Shown piece by piece: positions 35,788-42,635 of a stretch of 64,000 nucleotides of DNA. A model generated the notes under the pieces. That model saw only the letters and a list, made by a program, of their open reading frames with translations, was not told the DNA's origin and ran no database searches. A program made the position numbers and the translations under genes. Every line of letters begins with the position of its first letter. The first letter of the stretch is position 1. Source of the DNA: Deltaproteobacteria bacterium (lineage in GTDB: Bacteria; BMS3Abin14); NCBI GenBank assembly GCA_013151915.1, contig JAADHJ010000044.1, positions 67,029 to 131,028 on the forward strand, in the 5' to 3' direction.

Positions 35788-36390
35788 GTGGCGCTCCGTG
35801 AATTACGGGCCGAGATTCCCAGGACCATACTCCACGTGGGCGGCGGTGCCCTGCTCGCCATCCTGGGGTATGGACTGCCGGTCCCGTCCAACCGGGTCGT
35901 ACTGGGAATAATCTTCCTTGCCGCCGTCGCAGTGGAGGCGGGGCGGAAGACATCCCCCGTTGTCGACGGTCTTACAGCAACGTGGCTCGGGGTGTTCATG
36001 CGTCCGTCCGAGCGATTCCGTGTGACCGGAGCACTTCCCTTCACAGGGGGAATATTCCTTACTTTTCTCCTTTTTCAAAAAGAGGTCGCCCTCCTGGCGG
36101 TAATTCCCCTGGTCGTCGGTGATAGAGCGGCCATCCTTGTCGGAAAGTGGATAGGGCGGGTCAGGTTCGGGAAAAAGTCCCTGGAGGGAAGCCTGGCCTG
36201 TTTTATTGTGAGTTTCCTGACCATTTTTTGTGTTGCCGGATTTGCCCCCGGTGCCTTTCCTTACCCGGCGTGGATTCTGTTGGGCGCCTCGGTTGTGGGG
36301 ACGGTGGCCGAAGCCCTGCCTAGCCCATTCGATGACAACCTGACCATTCCTTTGGCTGTGGCCGTGTTTATATACTGGGTCGGTGCGTGA
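35788..36390 (+). CDS. CTP-transferase-1-like / dolichol-kinase-like integral membrane protein
   Basis: The C-terminal motif KSLEGSLA between TM helices is characteristic of the CdsA/dolichol kinase/DUF92 superfamily. It has a GTG start. Confidence 0.5.
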   Translation: MALRELRAEIPRTILHVGGGALLAILGYGLPVPSNRVVLGIIFLAAVAVEAGRKTSPVVDGLTATWLGVFMRPSERFRVTGALPFTGGIFLTFLLFQKEVALLAVIPLVVGDRAAILVGKWIGRVRFGKKSLEGSLACFIVSFLTIFCVAGFAPGAFPYPAWILLGASVVGTVAEALPSPFDDNLTIPLAVAVFIYWVGA

Positions 36391-37118
36391 ATTCCGGCGT
36401 CTCCGAGAAGGACCGTGATGCACCCTCGGTCCCCTTTCGAAGGGCTCTGACCGATGCCACGCCCATTATTCTCGGGTACATTCCAATGGGAGCCGCCTAT
36501 GGCATTATCGCCCGCCAGAGCGGCATGGGGCTTTTCGCCGCTGTCTTCATGTCTCTTGTGGTTTTTGCGGGGGCGAGCCAGTTCATCGCGGTTGGCCTGC
36601 TGGCGGGAGGCGCCACACCCTTCGAGGTTGTTCTTACCACATTCTTTGTCAATCTGAGGCACGTGCTCATGAGCGCCTCCCTGTCGCCTTACTTCACGAA
36701 GGTCAGGCGTCTGGTCATCCCCCTGATTGCGTGGGGCGTGACGGATGAGACCTTCGCCATATCCATCGGAAGGTTTCAGCGTAAGGAGGCGGATTGCCGA
36801 TACAGTCTGGCCCTGAACTACATTGCCTATGCGAGTTGGGTCACAGGCACCGTTGCGGGCGCCTACGCCGGATACCTGGTCCCCGGGGTTCTCCAGAACA
36901 GCCTGGGTTTTGCCCTTTACTCCATGTTCGTGGGCCTGCTGGTCCTCCAGATTTCCGACAGGCTCCAACTTGTGGTCGCTGTCGGGGCCGCGGCCCTCTC
37001 CGTGTTTTTTTCAACCTTCATGGGAGGCACGTGGCATATTATTACCGCTTCCATAGTGGCCGCGACGGTGGGCCTGGTACTGGAGACCGTTGGTGGGGGT
37101 GTGGCGGAGCTGAATTGA
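36387..37118 (+). CDS. azlC: AzlC-family branched-chain amino-acid permease component
   Basis: AzlC signature ILGYIPMGAAYGI...AGASQF. It has a GTG start overlapping the upstream stop. Confidence 0.75.
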   Translation: MNSGVSEKDRDAPSVPFRRALTDATPIILGYIPMGAAYGIIARQSGMGLFAAVFMSLVVFAGASQFIAVGLLAGGATPFEVVLTTFFVNLRHVLMSASLSPYFTKVRRLVIPLIAWGVTDETFAISIGRFQRKEADCRYSLALNYIAYASWVTGTVAGAYAGYLVPGVLQNSLGFALYSMFVGLLVLQISDRLQLVVAVGAAALSVFFSTFMGGTWHIITASIVAATVGLVLETVGGGVAELN

Positions 37119-37122
37119 CCAT

Positions 37123-37447
37123 GGAAACCAGACGACTCATATTTATTTTCCTGGGCATGGGCGCCGTTACCTACCTACCCAGACTTATCCCCCTCGCCGC
37201 CCTGTCCCAGGCCGCCCTCCCGGACCGTCTGATGAGGTGGCTTCGCTACCTGCCCCCGGCCATCCTCTCCGCCCTTATCCTCCCTGGGGCTGTCACCTCC
37301 GGCGGCGCCATGGACCTGACTCCGGCGAACCCATCGGTCTGGGCTCTCCTGCTTAGTTTCGCCGTAGCGGTTAAAACCAGGAGTTTGATCCTGACCATGG
37401 TTGTGGGCGGCATCGTGATGTACCTCGGTCAGGTCCTGTTGGGCTGA
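37123..37447 (+). CDS. azlD: AzlD-family small membrane protein
   Basis: 108 aa with three hydrophobic segments (TYLPRLIPL....LRYLPPAILSALI). It sits immediately after azlC. Confidence 0.65.
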
Positions 37448-37450
37448 ATA

Positions 37451-37477
37451 ATGACGACTTTTTAGGAAGTCATCAAC
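37451..37477. repeat. Repeat-C palindrome ATGACGACTTTTTAGGAAGTCATCAAC immediately after the azlD stop
   Basis: Same motif as 32391..32421 and the 3' module of unit B. It is followed by GCGCCCACTTAA, which resembles the GGGCGC module. Confidence 0.5.
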
Positions 37478-37485
37478 GCGCCCAC

Positions 37486-38205
37486 TTAACAGGCCGGTTT
37501 TTCCCCAACGTGAAGAAAGGCGATGCCGAAAGTGAGGGGGCGGAACCTTACCTGCTCGAAGCCGGTCTCGGACATCTTTTCACTCAGGTCTCCGGGGTTT
37601 GGAAAGGAGTCCACCGAGCTGGGAAGATAACGGTATGCCCCTGATCTGCCGGAAATCATGCCTCCCAGAACGGGGAGGACATGGTGGAAGTAGAATCGAA
37701 AGAGGGGACCTAAGAGTCGATGGTCCATTGGGGAGAACTCCAGGACGATGACACGGCCCCCCGGCTTGAGCACCCGGAACATTTCATTTAGCCCTGTCGG
37801 CCTGTCGGGTAGGTTACGGAGACCGAAGGCGATGGTGACGGCGCTGAAGGTGCAGTCCGGAAATGGCAGGGCCATGGCGTCACCTGCCGTAAGGGTGATC
37901 CTTCCCTTTCCTCCCGTGCGAACCTTCGCCGCAGCCTGGTCGAGCATGGGAATGGTGAAATCCACGCCCACGATTTTTATTTCTCCCGGGATGTTTCTGA
38001 CCAGAGTCAAAGCCACATCGCCGGTCCCGGTTGCAAGGTCCAGGATGGGGGCTTTGCCCTGTCCATGCACCTCCTTGACCATATCCTTCCGCCAGCGGAT
38101 ATCCGCTCCCAGGCTCAGAATGTGGTTGAGCAGATCATAGTGCCCGGCTATGGATGAGAACATCCCCCTGATCGACTGGGATTCCTGTTTATGTTTTTGG
38201 GCCAT
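37486..38205 (-). CDS. ubiE: Demethylmenaquinone/ubiquinone C-methyltransferase
   Basis: UbiE/MenG N-terminus (VRGMFSSIAGHYDLLNHILSLG) and SAM motifs (ILDLATGTGD, VLKPGGRVIVLEFS). The start is taken at the internal ATG (MAQKHK). Confidence 0.8.
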   Translation of the reverse strand: MAQKHKQESQSIRGMFSSIAGHYDLLNHILSLGADIRWRKDMVKEVHGQGKAPILDLATGTGDVALTLVRNIPGEIKIVGVDFTIPMLDQAAAKVRTGGKGRITLTAGDAMALPFPDCTFSAVTIAFGLRNLPDRPTGLNEMFRVLKPGGRVIVLEFSPMDHRLLGPLFRFYFHHVLPVLGGMISGRSGAYRYLPSSVDSFPNPGDLSEKMSETGFEQVRFRPLTFGIAFLHVGEKPAC

Positions 38206-38531
38206 ATTCACCTTTCGGTCAGGCTTGATGACCTCGTAAAAAGTCTCTTCGCCAGGTTCCACCCCCACCTCTGGTCCTCCCCCTCAAGGGGGAGGAAGAA
38301 TACGGAAGGTGGCTTATTTTATGCCCACTCCAGGATGTGAAGGCCATGGCGGCGCCATGGCACAGAACGAGACTATATCTCAAAAAGAGGGGAATGTTAA
38401 CGGCACGGTTCCGGAGGGATAGAAAGGTGCTGCAAGGGGTCGTGACAGAGGGTTTTATTAGTGAAAGTTCTTTCTTGTTATATGTTTTGGCCTAATTATA
38501 AGCGATTGTGGAAAAGATCACAAAAAAAAGC

Positions 38532-38560
38532 TTGACATGTACCGGGTAGCTTGTTAAATT
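38532..38560 (+). promoter_or_regulatory. Sigma70-type promoter TTGACA-N17-TAAATT driving the small-protein pair
   Basis: A perfect -35 hexamer, a 17-bp spacer and a 4/6 -10 hexamer lie about 45 nt upstream of ATG 38606. Confidence 0.45.
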
Positions 38561-38605
38561 ATACACAAGCTTAGAAGTAATAGTTACCTGAAGGAGGTGT
38601 TTAAA

Positions 38606-38743
38606 ATGTTGGAGTTCCTGATGATGCTGGTAATAATGGCCCTGGTGTTTGGCGTTGTTTCCGGCCTGGTCGCTCTTGTAATAGGCGGTATTTTCAAGCT
38701 CAGCCGCTCCAGGTCCAAAAGCACGGTTTCTGAGGTTCTTTAA
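38606..38743 (+). CDS. Small single-TM protein, 45 aa (MLEFLMMLVIMALVFGVVSGLVALVIGGIFKLSRSRSKSTVSEVL)
   Basis: Strong ribosome-binding site AAGGAGGTG 7 nt upstream. It has a hydrophobic core and a basic C-tail. It is below the ORF-track length cutoff. Confidence 0.5.
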   Translation: MLEFLMMLVIMALVFGVVSGLVALVIGGIFKLSRSRSKSTVSEVL

Positions 38744-38777
38744 GACTTCAGATTAATTTCGAAGGGAGGAACCTGAA

Positions 38778-38915
38778 ATGTTGGAATTTATCACCACAAT
38801 GGCAGTGATCGCCCTGATATTTTGTGCCGCAACCGTTTTTGTAGCCCTGATCGCCGGCAGCCTGTTGAAAGCCCGGAATTATTTTCTCAGGAGAGCTAAG
38901 TCCGAAGTAGAGTAA
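38778..38915 (+). CDS. Small single-TM protein, 45 aa, paralog of the preceding gene (MLEFITTMAVIALIFCAATVFVALIAGSLLKARNYFLRRAKSEVE)
   Basis: Ribosome-binding site GGGAGGAAC. It has the same length, topology and MLEF start as its neighbour. Confidence 0.5.
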   Translation: MLEFITTMAVIALIFCAATVFVALIAGSLLKARNYFLRRAKSEVE

Positions 38916-38943
38916 GATGGACAGGAAAGATCCGGCAGGGAAA

Positions 38944-38968
38944 GGGGGAGCGTCGGCTCCCCCTTTTT
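38944..38968. terminator. Rho-independent terminator GGGGGAGC-gtcg-GCTCCCCC-TTTTT, shared by the convergent small-protein pair and the NapH-like gene
   Basis: A perfect 8-bp GC-rich stem with a T5 run on the plus strand and an A/T-rich flank on the other. Confidence 0.55.
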
Positions 38969-39986
38969 AATGGGAAAGCCCGGCGGCCAGGGGGATAAGG
39001 GTTCTATAGTCCGCGGGGGTAAGGGATGTCTGCCAATGTCCCGCCATCATTCCCCATCCCACCCCCAGGGTGAAAAGAAACAGGACAAAGGAGGGGAAGC
39101 CCCAGACCGGCAGAGGTTTTTTCCAGAAGGGCAGGGACATGGACAGGGCTTTATCTTCCGGACAATTGCTGACACAGGTCAGACAGCCGGTGCATTCGAC
39201 CGACCGAACCACAGTTTTCCTGTTCACAGGGAGGTAGGATGGGCATGACCGGGCGCATGATCCGCACTCCGTGCAGTTTTCCCCGTTGCGACGTATTTTC
39301 CAGGGACTGAGCAGGGAAAAAAGCCCCACCAGAGCGCCGTAGGGGCACAGATAGCGGCACCAGAAATTTTTCAACGGGAGGGAAAGAACAGCGAGGGCCA
39401 GAATGATTCCAGCGGCAAAAGGGGAGATGTGCACGAAAAAATCGAACATCTTGACGTCGGCCACTGCCCAATAGGGCCCATTGAGAAAGGGGAGAATCCC
39501 GGCAGCCGGCATTTTGAAGAAGATAATATTGATAAAGAGGTAAAGAAGAAGGTATTTGGCTGATCTCAGGGGAATGTCAACCGGCTTTGGCGGATGCCAG
39601 GTGCGGCCGAACAGTTTTTCTCCCCCCTTCCAGAGCCGCTCGGACAAAGTGCCCACCGGGCAGATGAAGGAACAAAAGGATTTCTTGGCGGCGAGGCTCA
39701 TTCCGAAAAAGGTCATGAGGAGGATAATACCCGCGGGATGAACGGGGTGAATCACTCCGGTCGAAAAAAGATGCCTGAGACCGACAAGTGACCCGATGGG
39801 GAGGAAAGCCTCCACTGATGGAGGTCTCGGAAATCCCGGCGTACCCCCCAGACGGTACCGATGGACGAAAATCCCGAAACGCACCCCGATAAAAATACAC
39901 CAGAGCAGGAAGCCCCACTGACTGATCTTCCGAAAGAAAATGCCCCGGGAAGCTAAAACCTTGAGATTCGGGAGATGGTGCATCAC
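38967..39986 (-). CDS. NapH/MauN-like membrane polyferredoxin (4Fe-4S binding)
   Basis: Multiple TM segments plus C..C..C...CP motifs (CTECGSCARSCP, CTGCLTCVSNCP) and the extra CPVG / CPYG cysteines typical of the family. Confidence 0.7.
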   Translation of the reverse strand: MMHHLPNLKVLASRGIFFRKISQWGFLLWCIFIGVRFGIFVHRYRLGGTPGFPRPPSVEAFLPIGSLVGLRHLFSTGVIHPVHPAGIILLMTFFGMSLAAKKSFCSFICPVGTLSERLWKGGEKLFGRTWHPPKPVDIPLRSAKYLLLYLFINIIFFKMPAAGILPFLNGPYWAVADVKMFDFFVHISPFAAGIILALAVLSLPLKNFWCRYLCPYGALVGLFSLLSPWKIRRNGENCTECGSCARSCPSYLPVNRKTVVRSVECTGCLTCVSNCPEDKALSMSLPFWKKPLPVWGFPSFVLFLFTLGVGWGMMAGHWQTSLTPADYRTLIPLAAGLSH

Positions 39987-40606
39987 GGTGGGGAAGGCGT
40001 GGCCGAACCCCAGTAGTTAAAACTCGCGGGTTTCCAGCCGGGTATATACATGGATTCAATCATCTCAATTCTGAACCCCGACCGTTCAATGAGCGATGGG
40101 ATAGGACGGTCAAGGTGGCAGCCGCCGCTGACCATTTTCCAGAGAGGATTTATCCGTTTCTGCCACCGCAAGACCCCTTGATCGGGCGCTGATCCGTGCT
40201 CACAGAATATGAGCTTTCCGCGAGGCTTCAGAACACGGCGCATTTCCCCAAGGGCCGGAAGGATATTCGGAATCGTACAGAGGGCATATGTTACTAATAT
40301 CGTGTCCATACTGGCGTCATCAAGCGGAATTTTTTCGGCTGACCCCTGGATGAACTGAACATCAAAACCGGCGGTCTCCACGCTTTTTTCCGCCATGGCC
40401 CATAACTCACGGGATGGATCCAGACCCCATAATCGGCGGACACGGTCGCTTGAGTAAAAAGGAATATTGAGCCCGGACCCTATCCCGATCTCCAGCACCA
40501 GGCCTTCCGCCATCGGAACGACTTTTTTCCGCTGTTTCATAAGCGGCGCTCCTCCGCAGGTGAGGTGCACTAATCTTGGGAGAAAATATTTTCCATAAAT
40601 ACCCAT
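39983..40606 (-). CDS. Class I SAM-dependent methyltransferase
   Basis: Motif I LVLEIGIGSG and post-I and motif II regions (VLKPRGKLIFCEH) are present. It overlaps the NapH-like gene by 4 bp. The start is uncertain (40606 or 40657). Confidence 0.65.
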   Translation of the reverse strand: MGIYGKYFLPRLVHLTCGGAPLMKQRKKVVPMAEGLVLEIGIGSGLNIPFYSSDRVRRLWGLDPSRELWAMAEKSVETAGFDVQFIQGSAEKIPLDDASMDTILVTYALCTIPNILPALGEMRRVLKPRGKLIFCEHGSAPDQGVLRWQKRINPLWKMVSGGCHLDRPIPSLIERSGFRIEMIESMYIPGWKPASFNYWGSATPSPP

Positions 40607-40815
40607 GTATCCTCCGGTATGGTTGTCGATTCTCCTCCCTGCAACACGGGCCGACACTTCTCATATTATGGCGTTTAAGGGAAGAGACAAAACCCCCGTG
40701 AGAGCTTTGCCCATGAGGTGAACAACCGAAAAACAATCCTTCATTATTCTTTTCAACTGTGTTACCTTCCCCGCTTTCTGATAGAATAATAGCTATCATA
40801 GGGGCTGTATTTTAT

Positions 40816-40907
40816 GGGGGGCATAGTTAAGTTGTTAAGTCAGGATTCAAAATCTCTTTAAAAAAACAGCCCTCAACCGGACAACTTAACAACTTAACTA
40901 CGTCCCC
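40816..40907 (+). promoter_or_regulatory. Long near-perfect hairpin in the thiC 5' leader (about 22-bp stem, about 40-nt loop)
   Basis: GGGGGGCATAGTTAAGTTGTTAAGTC ... GACAACTTAACAACTTAACTACGTCCCC. It ends 20 nt before the thiC ATG. No canonical TPP-riboswitch motifs were found. Confidence 0.4.
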
Positions 40908-40927
40908 TGGGAACTGGAGATTAATCG

Positions 40928-42196
40928 ATGAGCACCCAGAGAATAGCCGCCCTTGAAGGGCGCACCACGGAGATAATGAGGCAGGTCGCGGAGGACGAGG
41001 AAGTCTCCACGGACCAGGTGATTGAGGTTCTTGCCGCCGGGACGGCCGCCATTCCGGCCAACCCTGCCCACACGTCCCTGAAGCCCAAAGGAATAGGGGG
41101 CCCGTTTACCGTCAAGGTCAACGCCAACTTTGGAACCAGTCTGGCATGCAACGATCCGGACCAGGAGCTCGCCAAGCTGGAGGCGGCTATTGACGCCGGT
41201 GCCGACGCCATTATGGATCTTTCCACGGGCGGTGACATGGAGGGATTGCGGAAGGAGATCATCAAGCGTTCCACCGTTCCGGTGGGAACGGTTCCTATCT
41301 ATGACGCGGCAGTGAGCGCCTACGAAAGAAACGGAGACCCATCCTGTATTACTCCCGACGATCTTTTCGATGCCGTAAGGAAACACGCGGAAGCCGGGGT
41401 GGATTTCGTAACCCTGCACTGCGGCGTCACCAGGTCGGCGGTGGCGAAGGTTCGCAGTTCAGCCCGGGTGACCCGCATAGTCAGCCGTGGGGGATCGCTT
41501 CTTGCCGCATGGATGGAGAGGGAAGGGAAGGAGAATCCGCTTTACACGTATTACGACGACCTGCTGACGATCCTGAAGGAACACGATGTCACGATCAGCC
41601 TTGGTGATGGGCTGCGCCCTGGAAGCCTTGCGGACGCCACCGACCCCGCCCAGATAGAGGAACTCGTCACGCTGGGAGAACTGACTATCAGGGCCTGGGA
41701 TGCCGGTGTCCAGGTGATAGTGGAGGGGCCCGGTCACATTCCTCTGCATCAGATTGAGACCAACGTCGTGCTCCAGAAGAGGTTGTGCCACGGGGCTCCC
41801 TTTTACGTCCTTGGACCGCTCGTGACCGATGTTGGAGCGGGGTATGATCATATTACCGGGGCCATCGGCGGCGCCATCGCAGGGATGGCGGGAGCCGATT
41901 TTCTCTGCTATGTCACTCCCGCCGAGCATCTCGGCCTACCCAATGTGGACGACGTCAGGCACGGAGTCATGGCCTCGCGTATAGCCGCCCATGCCGTGGA
42001 TATTGCAAGGGGAAACCGGAGAGCCATAGACCGGGACGCTGCCATGTCGCGATGCCGGGTGACACTGGACTGGCAGGGACAAATGGACCACGCACTCGAT
42101 CCGGTGGAGTTTAAACGGAGGTTTGCCGATCACCCGGTTCTCGAAGACGTATGTTCTATGTGCGGCAAGCTTTGCGCCATGAAGATTTTCAGTTGA
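40928..42196 (+). CDS. thiC: Phosphomethylpyrimidine synthase, short anaerobe-type
   Basis: The ThiC core is conserved throughout and the C-terminal cluster ligands are C-x2-C-x4-C (CSMCGKLC). Confidence 0.9.
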   Translation: MSTQRIAALEGRTTEIMRQVAEDEEVSTDQVIEVLAAGTAAIPANPAHTSLKPKGIGGPFTVKVNANFGTSLACNDPDQELAKLEAAIDAGADAIMDLSTGGDMEGLRKEIIKRSTVPVGTVPIYDAAVSAYERNGDPSCITPDDLFDAVRKHAEAGVDFVTLHCGVTRSAVAKVRSSARVTRIVSRGGSLLAAWMEREGKENPLYTYYDDLLTILKEHDVTISLGDGLRPGSLADATDPAQIEELVTLGELTIRAWDAGVQVIVEGPGHIPLHQIETNVVLQKRLCHGAPFYVLGPLVTDVGAGYDHITGAIGGAIAGMAGADFLCYVTPAEHLGLPNVDDVRHGVMASRIAAHAVDIARGNRRAIDRDAAMSRCRVTLDWQGQMDHALDPVEFKRRFADHPVLEDVCSMCGKLCAMKIFS

Positions 42197-42240
42197 CGAC
42201 TTTTTGCGGCGAGATCCTTTTGTGGAGAATTTTTTTACCC

Positions 42241-42264
42241 TGAGCCCCCAACCGGGGGCTCAGT
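42241..42264 (+). terminator. Putative terminator hairpin CTGAGCCCCC-aacc-GGGGGCTCAG after thiC
   Basis: A perfect 10-bp stem with only a weak T-tract (TTATT). It is preceded by a partial repeat-C motif. Confidence 0.4.
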
Positions 42265-42519
42265 TATTCAGTTGAATCCTCTGTTCCACTTTTCCCACTT
42301 TCGACAATGTTCCGATTTCTCCCGCCAGGTCCCACGCTGTGTGTGCAGAATTATGCGTGGGCAACCCGGCAGGGCGGGATCGCCGTTCCAGGAAAAATTG
42401 CGATAATAGTTGCGGGATCCGCCGGGCGCAGGTAATATTTAACTATGCCTGTTTAGGAGCGGAACGGATCGATTTCCGCCGGGCTGTTTTTGCCCGGCGA
42501 ACACTGTTTGATTTTTTAT

Positions 42520-42548
42520 TTGACAAACAGCGCGTCTTTCTTTAAGTA
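42520..42548 (+). promoter_or_regulatory. Candidate sigma70 promoter TTGACA-N17-TAAGTA upstream of the Cdc48-like gene
   Basis: A perfect -35 hexamer with an A/T-rich UP-like stretch upstream. It is followed by four TACCATCR octamer repeats in the leader (42567-42600). Confidence 0.3.
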
Positions 42549-42635
42549 TTGGTCTGACCACAGTGGTCGTACCATCATACCATCGTACCATCATACCACT
42601 ATGGAACGGTAACAACCGGGGGGTGTCAGAGGAAA

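Noticed and set aside
40658-40927. Expected TPP riboswitch upstream of thiC
   Set aside because: The conserved CUGAGA and CCUGAUCYGGRUAAUGCC cores could not be found on either strand by eye. It is recorded instead as an atypical leader hairpin, pending a covariance-model scan.
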